Source: Desulfurellaceae bacterium
Lineage (GTDB): Bacteria; Desulfobacterota; Binatia; Bin18
DNA: 64,000 nucleotides
Direction of reading: 5' to 3'
NCBI GenBank assembly: GCA_021296095.1
Contig: JAGWBB010000001.1
Coordinates: 20,116 to 84,115, forward strand
The notes under the pieces were generated by a model, which had not been told where the DNA came from, made no database searches, and saw only the letters and a list, made by a program, of their open reading frames with translations. Shown piece after piece: positions 8,969 through 16,653 of the stretch (positions are counted from its first letter, which is position 1; each line of letters opens with the position of its first letter). A program made the translations under genes and the position numbers.

Positions 8969-10450
8969 CTATTGCCCGGACTGCTCCGGCGGCGTAGCGG
9001 ACGACGCGGTGTGGCGGCCGGCCGTCCCGGACGGATTGGTATAGATATCGTTGAGCTGTTGGACGCAGCGGTCGGCCTCGGCCCGGACCTTATCGACGGT
9101 CGCCCGGGTCTGGGCATTCCAGGTCGCCGGTTCGGTGCGAAAAATACTCCGATACCAGCGCGTGCTGTGCTGAAAGGCCTCGACCAGATTGTCTACATGC
9201 TGGTCGGCCTGGTCTCGACGCAAGGCGGTGATGATCCGCTCACGCACCCGGCGGCGAACCTGCCAGTGTCCATAACCGGCCACGACAGCCACCACACCCA
9301 GGCCCCCGCCCCCCAGGCCGAGGAGCAGCTCGCCAAGGCCGAACCAAGCCAGCAGCCCGAGCAAGACCAGCCCCCCTCCGAGCAGTAACCCGTCCCGCCA
9401 CACGACCCCTGTCCGCCAGCCGCGCAGCATGGCCCGCAATTGGGGAATCAGCTGTCGCTCCAGCTCGTTCGCCGAGCGCTCCAGGGTTCCCACCACACGG
9501 TAGGCCTGGGCGGTCCGCACCTGCTGAATACGGGCCTGGATTTCGGCGTGGTCGTGTTCGCGCAGCGCCTCGTACCGGGCCCGGACCTGGGGGTCGGCAA
9601 TCGGGGGCGCCGCCGAGCGGCTGTAGGTGTGATAAAAACGCCCGGCGGTCAGGCCCTTCTGGGCCAGGCCGCGCTGCCAGGCGGCCACCACCTGTTCGGC
9701 GTTGTCATCCTGGGCGGTCGCATCCAGGTGGTTCAGTATGTACAGAAATTTGCTGGAATCCGCCCGCCGGATCGTCTTCTCGACCAGATGCTCAAGCGTA
9801 TCCCGCATCGAGCCCGCTTCTGGGTGGCGGGCATCAAAAAAAACCAGCACCAGGTCGGACAGGGCGACGATGTGGTCGGTCAGACGCAGCACCGCGGTGC
9901 GTTGCTCGTCCGCGTCAAAGCCGGGGCTGTCAATAAAAATCCGGCCCCGAACCACCTGGCTGGGGCAGGTTTTGAGCTGGAGATAGGCGTCCATGCGCTC
10001 GCCCTCGCCCGGTGCCGAGGCCTCAAGCTCGCGGCTGATTTTGTAAAACGGGAAGCGTGGGTCGGCGTCCAGCGCCAGGGCTGGGAGCGCCCGGACCTGG
10101 GCGTCCTGGCCGTAACACACGACGGTAAACTTGTCGTCAACAGCCTGGTTGCCGGTCAGCTGTAAGGGATAGTCGAGATAGTCGTTGAGGAAGGTCGATT
10201 TACCGGCCGAATACGTCCCCAGAACAGCGATGATCGGCCACCACGGCACCTGACGGGTGTAGGACTCGGCGGGCGAGAAAAATCCCAGCCGGCGGGCGAC
10301 GCCATCCAGTTTGCGCAGGCCGGCCACCACGGCCAGAAAGACCGCTCCCTCCTCTTCCAGTTCGTTCTGGATATGTGTCTCAAGAGCCGCCTCAAGACGG
10401 TCCGGGTGAGCGGTCTTGCGTCCAAACAGCACGCGGGCTTCCCCTGCCAC
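8969..10450 (-). CDS. dynamin-like / HSR1-type GTPase with C-terminal transmembrane segment
   Basis: G1 'GTYSAGKST', G3 'DSPGF', G4 'NHLD'; hydrophobic stretch 'LLLGGGLVLLGLLAWFG'; start placed at an in-frame GTG downstream of the RND stop (the ORF-track start at 10612 would overlap the RND gene by ~100 nt). Confidence 0.5.
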   Translation of the reverse strand: MAGEARVLFGRKTAHPDRLEAALETHIQNELEEEGAVFLAVVAGLRKLDGVARRLGFFSPAESYTRQVPWWPIIAVLGTYSAGKSTFLNDYLDYPLQLTGNQAVDDKFTVVCYGQDAQVRALPALALDADPRFPFYKISRELEASAPGEGERMDAYLQLKTCPSQVVRGRIFIDSPGFDADEQRTAVLRLTDHIVALSDLVLVFFDARHPEAGSMRDTLEHLVEKTIRRADSSKFLYILNHLDATAQDDNAEQVVAAWQRGLAQKGLTAGRFYHTYSRSAAPPIADPQVRARYEALREHDHAEIQARIQQVRTAQAYRVVGTLERSANELERQLIPQLRAMLRGWRTGVVWRDGLLLGGGLVLLGLLAWFGLGELLLGLGGGGLGVVAVVAGYGHWQVRRRVRERIITALRRDQADQHVDNLVEAFQHSTRWYRSIFRTEPATWNAQTRATVDKVRAEADRCVQQLNDIYTNPSGTAGRHTASSATPPEQSGQ

Positions 10451-10506
10451 TGAGACACCAGAGCGGTGTGGTGTGCGCCTGCCCCGAGCGTCGCCTGCCT
10501 GGTGCC

Positions 10507-12933
10507 TCAGGCGGCGGCCTGGGCCAACCGCTTGGTGATAAAGCCCGGCTTGAACAGCGCGATCAACACCGGCAGCAGGGTCATCGTGGCCAGAAAACTC
10601 ACCCCCATCCACAGCGCCAGCAACAGCCCCATCTCGCCGCTGAAACGCAGGCTCGACATGGTCCAGAACAGGGTCCCAAGCACCATGGTCAGGGCGGTAA
10701 AGGTGACCGCCTTGCCCGAGGTGACCAGCGCCCGCAAGACGGCCGTGTCCAGCGTTTCTCCGGGCTGTTGTTCCTCGATAATCCGGCTGACGATGTACAA
10801 GGCATAGTCAATGCCAAAGCCGACCCCGACCGTGACGACCGGCAGGGTATGGATGTTGATGCCGATATCCCGCGCTCCCATGTAGGCGTTGATGATCGCG
10901 TTGGCGACCAACAGCGGCAGGATCATGTATACCCCCGCCAATAGCGACCGGTAGGTCACCACCAGGATGAGAAAGATCGTGCCAAAGCCGAGGATGTTGA
11001 CCAGAATGTCGTTTGTGAGCAGCTCCTCATTGGCCGCAGCCAGCACCCCGATCGGTCCGCCGGCCAGACGGAAGCGGGCGGTCTCCAGGGGGTTGGCGGC
11101 AATATACTCGCGGGCCCGCTGGATGATCCGACGCACGGTATCGCCCTTGTGGTCGGTCAGGTAAAAATGGATGGGCGCGTGGCGGAACTGATAGTCGATA
11201 ACCCGCGCGCTCTCGCTGTGCGAGACGCCAAAGAAGTAGCCCGAGATCGCCATCAGCACCTGGGTGCGGGACCGGGGCAGGACGTTCCACTTTGGATCGC
11301 CGGTGCCGTTGACCGCGCCCAGGATATCGACAAACGAGAAACTCGCGCCGACCGCCGGATCGCGCTCCAGATAGCGCTGGAAGCTCTCAATCCAGGGTAA
11401 GACCTCGGGGTTCATCAGCGACGGCTGCGAGTCGCGCCGCTCCAGGATTTCCCGGGCGCTCAAGCCTTCCTCAGACGCGCCGGTGTCTTGGGGCAGGGTG
11501 CGTTCGGCCATGACCATCAGGTTTTCCACCCCGCCAAAGGTTTCCTGAATGCGGGCATGGGCGGTGTTGTACGGAGAGTCGCGGTACAGCAGGGGCGAGA
11601 TCGCGCTGGGATCGCCGATGACGAGGTGTTGCCAGAAATAGACGCTGCCGACCATCAGTCCCAGCCAGGTGGCCAGGGTCAGGGCCTTGCCCGCCGGCGA
11701 CAGCAGGACTGCGGCCAGGCTGCTCAGGGTGCGCTTGAACACTCCCTCGTTGCGTTTGAGGACAATCCGCACGTCGGGTTCGCGCAGATAGTGATAGACG
11801 ATCGGATTGAGCAACAGCTCACTGATCGTAATGGCCAGGATCCACACCGCGGCACTGATGGCCAGCTTCTGGAGCAGCACGATGGGGACGAACAGGATGA
11901 CCAGCACCCCCAGTGCATCGGTTAGAATGCCCGACAGGGTCGGCACGAACAGCTGAGCAAAGGCGGCCACAATCGCCGGTTCCTTCTGCCAGTCGGCCTT
12001 CTGATATTCCTCGTAATAGCGCTCGTGCATCTGCACCGAGTGGCTGACCGCCCGGGCGGTAATGAAAAACGGGATGACCAGCGTCAGCGGGTCAAGGCTG
12101 AAGCCGATCATCTTGATAAAGCCCAGCCCCCAGATGGCCGACACCACCCCGGTGATAGTCGGCCGCAGGGCGCCCCGGATGTCGTGGAAATACAGATACA
12201 GACAGAGCCACATCAGGAAGGTGGTTGCCAAAAAGATCCAGTACACCTGCGTGGCGTAGTAGTACACCCAGCCGTACAGCGCCGGGTGGCCGGCAACGTG
12301 GATGGTCGTGTTGTCGTCGCTGAACGGCTCGACCACCGCGCCCATGACTTCGTCAAACAGCCGCCGATGATCGATCCGGCCCTCGATAAACGTGGCTTGC
12401 AGCAGGGTGGCTTTTTCGTCGAGCGATACCAACACCCCGTACAGATTGGGGGTGGTGTAGACGATCTCCCGCACCCGGCGCACATCGTTCTCGTTCTGCG
12501 GGGCGCGTTCCATGATCGGCTCGATCTCGGTCAGGCCGCCGCCCTTGAGCTGGATACGCCGGTTGGTTCGGTGGGCTAGAGAGTTAATCAGGTCGTGGTT
12601 GACGCCGTAGATCGTATCGAGCCGCTTGGTCATCTCAAAGACCTTGCCCAGCGTCTCACGGGTAAAGATGGTCCCTTCCTTGACCTCCAGCATGATCTGG
12701 AGTGTATTCGCTCCGCCGACCTCTTCGGCATATTCGTTATGGGTCTGGATGAACTCGTGATCCTGCGGCAGCTGTTCGTCAAAACGGGTGATCAGATCGA
12801 GTTGAAAGGCAAAGGCGGCAAATATCAACGTCGCCACCGCAACGCCGCTCAAGACGATCTTGCGCCGCGCGATCAGCTGTTCGCCGAGGCGGTACAGAAA
12901 AGCCTGGTCTGTGTTCTGCTCTGTTTCACTCAT
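10507..12933 (-). CDS. RND-superfamily exporter (MMPL/HpnN-like), 12 TM with two large periplasmic loops
   Basis: 808 aa; two repeats of (TM + large soluble loop + 5 TM), typical of RND/MMPL permeases. Confidence 0.75.
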   Translation of the reverse strand: MSETEQNTDQAFLYRLGEQLIARRKIVLSGVAVATLIFAAFAFQLDLITRFDEQLPQDHEFIQTHNEYAEEVGGANTLQIMLEVKEGTIFTRETLGKVFEMTKRLDTIYGVNHDLINSLAHRTNRRIQLKGGGLTEIEPIMERAPQNENDVRRVREIVYTTPNLYGVLVSLDEKATLLQATFIEGRIDHRRLFDEVMGAVVEPFSDDNTTIHVAGHPALYGWVYYYATQVYWIFLATTFLMWLCLYLYFHDIRGALRPTITGVVSAIWGLGFIKMIGFSLDPLTLVIPFFITARAVSHSVQMHERYYEEYQKADWQKEPAIVAAFAQLFVPTLSGILTDALGVLVILFVPIVLLQKLAISAAVWILAITISELLLNPIVYHYLREPDVRIVLKRNEGVFKRTLSSLAAVLLSPAGKALTLATWLGLMVGSVYFWQHLVIGDPSAISPLLYRDSPYNTAHARIQETFGGVENLMVMAERTLPQDTGASEEGLSAREILERRDSQPSLMNPEVLPWIESFQRYLERDPAVGASFSFVDILGAVNGTGDPKWNVLPRSRTQVLMAISGYFFGVSHSESARVIDYQFRHAPIHFYLTDHKGDTVRRIIQRAREYIAANPLETARFRLAGGPIGVLAAANEELLTNDILVNILGFGTIFLILVVTYRSLLAGVYMILPLLVANAIINAYMGARDIGINIHTLPVVTVGVGFGIDYALYIVSRIIEEQQPGETLDTAVLRALVTSGKAVTFTALTMVLGTLFWTMSSLRFSGEMGLLLALWMGVSFLATMTLLPVLIALFKPGFITKRLAQAAA

Positions 12934-13132
12934 GGCACGCTTCCTCCTGGCTGGTGTCGCTCAGCCCGCGGCCCTGACCATCCCATCCAAACCAAACCGC
13001 GTCAAGCACCGTTCAGGGTCGGCCCGCAACACGGGAGCGATCACGCCGAAGACCGCTGCCGCCTTGCAAAGCCCACAGCCAGGCTCTAGTCTCGGCAGAG
13101 ACGGTGTCACGGCGCAAAAATGGGGATCAGCT

Positions 13133-13741
13133 ATGTCACAGGCAATAGCACAGACGGTCTTGAATGTTCCGTTTCGGCTCAAGGTCGAGGCGGCTCGGTT
13201 GACCGAGCAGCAGTTCGTCGAGCTGTGCCGGGAGAACCGGGATTTGCGGTTTGAGCTGACTGCCGACAAGGAGCTGGTCATCATGGCGCCAACGGGCTCA
13301 GAAACCGGCCGGCAGAACAGTGAAATTGCCTACACGCTGACGGCTTGGGCCAAGCGAGATGGAACCGGACTGTCGTTTGACTCTTCGACCGGCTTTCGCC
13401 TGCCGAACGGGGCCATCCGCTCACCGGATGCCGCCTGGGTCAGGCGAGAGAGCTGGCACGCCCTCAGCCCGGAGCAGAGACGAGGCTTTGCTCCCCTGTG
13501 CCCGGATTTTGTGCTGGAACTGCGCTCGCCGAGCGATCAGCTGTCAGCCTTACAGGACAAGATGCAGGAGTATATCGACAACGGCGCGCGCCTGGCCTGG
13601 CTGCTCGATCCGTCAGAAAAACGGGCGTATATCTATCGGCCCGGGCGACCGGTCGAACGGCGCGACGGTCCGCCCACGCTTCGCGGCGACCCGGTGCTGC
13701 CGGGCTTCGTGCTGCGCCTGGACGTGCTGAACTTGTCCTGA
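13133..13741 (+). CDS. Uma2-family (DUF820) PD-(D/E)xK endonuclease
   Basis: Family-typical sequence 'FRLKVEAARLTEQQFVELCRENRDLRFELTADKELVIMAPTGSETGRQNSEI...PDFVLELRSPSD'; trimmed to the ATG at 13133. Confidence 0.7.
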   Translation: MSQAIAQTVLNVPFRLKVEAARLTEQQFVELCRENRDLRFELTADKELVIMAPTGSETGRQNSEIAYTLTAWAKRDGTGLSFDSSTGFRLPNGAIRSPDAAWVRRESWHALSPEQRRGFAPLCPDFVLELRSPSDQLSALQDKMQEYIDNGARLAWLLDPSEKRAYIYRPGRPVERRDGPPTLRGDPVLPGFVLRLDVLNLS

Positions 13742-13787
13742 ACGAACCCTGACGAAGCCGGCTGGCAGTCATTTGATGTGGATGGGA

Positions 13788-14285
13788 TCAATCCGGTTTT
13801 CGGCATACGTTTCTTCTCAACAGTTCTCGATGGCTACGACGGAACTTCGTATTATCCAGTGCCTGAGGAGCGTTTTTATCCCTACGCGTCGTATAGACTC
13901 TTCCCTGCGGATTTTCGATTAATTTTCTATCTCTGAAATCGTCGCCGAGATCTCGGTCGTTAGAATATAATAGCCGAGCTCCGCTGACTTGGGCTAAGGC
14001 AAGAATATGAGGATCGTCTGACCTAATTGCCCCCTCGCGTTCGATTTGCCGTGTTCTCGTCTCAACTTCTCTCTCATTCACGGTTATCATTTTTCCAGCA
14101 AGCTGGGCCGCCACCCCCCAGCGTCTGAAGTCTGGCGAAGTCTCTTCAAGCTCCTTGAGCAATTTGCCGCCAACAATCAGCCTGCCCCCTCCACTTTCGA
14201 GCCACTCATAGAACTTCTCTGCTGGAGGTGATGGGCTATCTCCGAACACCTCGTGAGCCACGTTGACGTCAACAATTGCGCACAT
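13788..14285 (-). CDS. PIN-domain-like putative nuclease (partner of upstream ATPase)
   Basis: N-terminal 'AIVDVNV' and later acidic residues ('ELEET', 'SDDPH', 'SNDRDL') fit a PIN catalytic quartet; lies in the low-GC island 23 nt downstream of the ATPase. Confidence 0.45.
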   Translation of the reverse strand: MCAIVDVNVAHEVFGDSPSPPAEKFYEWLESGGGRLIVGGKLLKELEETSPDFRRWGVAAQLAGKMITVNEREVETRTRQIEREGAIRSDDPHILALAQVSGARLLYSNDRDLGDDFRDRKLIENPQGRVYTTRRDKNAPQALDNTKFRRSHRELLRRNVCRKPD

Positions 14286-14308
14286 TCTTCTTCAGGTCCA
14301 TGCGGATT

Positions 14309-15667
14309 TCATCTCTTCCATAAAGACCTTCGCATTTCTTCCATGAAGAACTGTCGGTAGCCTGGCGGGGCGTCCAAGACGTTTCCCTGTTCGTCAAATC
14401 GTAACGAATGAATGTGAACGTCCAGGTCCTCACGTTCAAAGTACAAGACGGAAACGTCCTCGGGCTTCAATTTCGTCTCTTCGTCGCGTACGTCCATACG
14501 CACTCGGTCCAGCAAGTGGTCGCTGTGTGTTTCGACTATCAATTGACGCTCCGGTCCGGCGACCTGGCAGAATAAGCTTCCAAGAGCGGCTTGGGCGCTG
14601 GGGTGAAGATGCACTTCTGGTTGCTGCAACAGAAACAGGGACGGCGCCTCTCGGCTCAGCAATTCGGTTATTACGGGTAGCACCTGACTGACGCCATAGC
14701 CGACATCAACGAGGTTGCGCTGAGGACCTTTTAGTCGGCGGCCAAACTTTCTGACCTGCACTTGGAAAGGTTCGCTATCTTTTTTCCCGAGTGGCCTAAT
14801 AGAGATTTCATCGAAAAGACCTGCATCTCGCCCGAAGTTCTCAAGCGCTTTTCTCAGTCTGGCCCACCCGTTCTGGTCGCTGAAGTACATGTTGGCGAGA
14901 TACATGGGAACGAAAACGCCTTCGGCATCCCGGATCAGACGAGTAGGGTCGTAGGTTCGGCGCGGGTAGGAGCGGACGGGTGCGCTGGCATAAGGTGGCG
15001 TCTCTTCGCGATAGCGATAACTGTCCCGGTCGAGAGTGAGGTTCAGTTGTTCGATGAGGTCAAAATCTTCATCGGTAGGCGAACTGGAGCCTTGTGGTGT
15101 GATTAGCTCTATATTTCTCCGATCTATGAACTCCTTCAATATCCGTGGAATAGAGAAAAAAACTGAAATCCGGTCGTCATAGGCATCTAATCGGACACGA
15201 CGAATATAGGGCGTCTTCAACCTCCAAGCGCCCCGTGGCGTCCCAAAGCTGACCTGACAGTGGTAGTTTCTCTCGAAAAGAACCTCGATCCAGCCACCTT
15301 CACGGGCAAGCCGTGCTCCCACAGGGATCGGCGCAGTCCCCGTCTTTCCGAAAGTCACCTCGAAACAATAGGACTGACCGTTGGGTTTCAGGCTTGGGGA
15401 AACGTTGAAGCCCGCCTCGAAGGTCTTAGCTCGGCCTCCTCTTGCGCCCCGGTGGTGGACGATCTCCTCATAACTTCCAAGATCATAGGGCTCTTCTTTA
15501 AAGTCTGGAATCTCATGCTCGTAAGCAATGTCCCACAGCGCCCGGATCAGCGCCATGAATGAGGTCTTGCCGGTGCTGTTCTCACCGACGAGCAGGGTCA
15601 GCGGAGCCAAATGGGCGGTCTGCCTCTCCCGGAAACAACGGAAATTTTCGAGTGTGATACTGTCCAT
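14309..15667 (-). CDS. AAA_21/OLD-type ABC ATPase (PtuA/AriA/GajA-N-like), no fused nuclease domain
   Basis: N-terminus 'MDSITLENFRCFRE...LTLLVGENSTGKTSF' (Walker A); C-terminal Walker B/D-loop 'LFLLQQPEVHLHP' and H-loop 'IVETHSDHLL'; GGAGAC RBS; ORF start trimmed from 15808 to the Met at 15667. Confidence 0.7.
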   Translation of the reverse strand: MDSITLENFRCFRERQTAHLAPLTLLVGENSTGKTSFMALIRALWDIAYEHEIPDFKEEPYDLGSYEEIVHHRGARGGRAKTFEAGFNVSPSLKPNGQSYCFEVTFGKTGTAPIPVGARLAREGGWIEVLFERNYHCQVSFGTPRGAWRLKTPYIRRVRLDAYDDRISVFFSIPRILKEFIDRRNIELITPQGSSSPTDEDFDLIEQLNLTLDRDSYRYREETPPYASAPVRSYPRRTYDPTRLIRDAEGVFVPMYLANMYFSDQNGWARLRKALENFGRDAGLFDEISIRPLGKKDSEPFQVQVRKFGRRLKGPQRNLVDVGYGVSQVLPVITELLSREAPSLFLLQQPEVHLHPSAQAALGSLFCQVAGPERQLIVETHSDHLLDRVRMDVRDEETKLKPEDVSVLYFEREDLDVHIHSLRFDEQGNVLDAPPGYRQFFMEEMRRSLWKR

Positions 15668-15842
15668 GACAGTGTCTCCATTCTTCGCCTCAACACCGAC
15701 AACAGCATAATAGCGGGCAGGCACTGCTCGTTGCACCCATGAGGACAAGGAGCCGAAGAACGTCGGCAAGTAGCAGAAAGTCCGTGATGTGATCCTGTTC
15801 GATGCCAATCAGCGCACACAATGCGTCGGCACGACCACCAGA

Positions 15843-16454
15843 CTAACGCTCCAGCTCGGTGTTCCAGTACGCCGCGTCGACCTCGCTCAGATACGGCAGC
15901 CACTCCCGGTAGCGCTTGAAGCTGAAGGTCTCGATCATGAACGGCGTCCACTCCGGCTGAACGGGCTTCTCGATCAGCCGCATGTGGGTCTCTTCGAGCA
16001 GCAGACCGCCTTTCTTGCGGTTGCAGGCAAAACACGAGCACACCACGTTGTCCCAGCCCGAGGTACCGCCCTTGGAGCGTGGAACGACATGGTCGAGGTT
16101 CAGCTCCGAGCGCGGCAGGCGCCGGCCGCAGTACTGACAGGTGTTCTTGTCGCGGGCAAAGACGTTGAAGCGCGAGAAACGCACCCGCCGCTTCGGCACC
16201 CGGTCGTAGGCAACCAGCAGGATGACGCGTGGGACCTTGATGGCTTGGCCGACCAGACCGATGGTTTCGTCGTTCAAGGATGCCGACAGGGCGCTCCAGC
16301 TGTTGAAATCGAAGGTCTGGTACTGATCATCAACGGCTTTGGCCACCCCCTGGTAGAGCAGGGAAAACGCGCGCCGCAGCGAGGTGACGTGGACAGGAAA
16401 GTAGGATCGGTTGAGCACCAGCACCTTGGTATTGAGTACACTCATGGCTGCCAT
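15843..16454 (-). CDS. HNH endonuclease (McrA-like, COG1403)
   Basis: 'CQYCGRR...LDHVVPRSKGG...NVVCSCFACNRKKG' HNH/zinc-finger motifs; N-terminal 'VLVLNRSYFPVHV' family-typical. Confidence 0.8.
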   Translation of the reverse strand: MAAMSVLNTKVLVLNRSYFPVHVTSLRRAFSLLYQGVAKAVDDQYQTFDFNSWSALSASLNDETIGLVGQAIKVPRVILLVAYDRVPKRRVRFSRFNVFARDKNTCQYCGRRLPRSELNLDHVVPRSKGGTSGWDNVVCSCFACNRKKGGLLLEETHMRLIEKPVQPEWTPFMIETFSFKRYREWLPYLSEVDAAYWNTELER

Positions 16455-16653
16455 GTCTTTCCCGAACGAGCCGTCTTTTCACGGCTCGTAAGTCCCTGAC
16501 GAACAAGAATTTTTCCCGCCACCGTAGCCGGAGGCCGGTGGGCTGTCAAGATTTTGGGGCCGGGCCGACCGGGCAAGAGAGACGAAAAATTCATGCCGGG
16601 CCGACCGTCGCCGGGCGCCGCTGGCCTTCACACTGGCGCCCGGCGGCTTCCTT

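Noticed and set aside
10451-10612. N-terminal extension of the dynamin-like ORF, and the metW ORF extension 30928..31047
   Set aside because: Both would overlap the upstream gene by ~100 nt on the same strand. Alternative in-frame GTG starts just after the upstream stop give normal-length proteins.
16466-16490. Hairpin GAGCCGT-CTTTTC-ACGGCTC in the HNH / rSAM divergent region
   Set aside because: It has a short stem and no U-tract, and it lies between divergent starts, so it cannot be a terminator. At most it is 5'-UTR structure.
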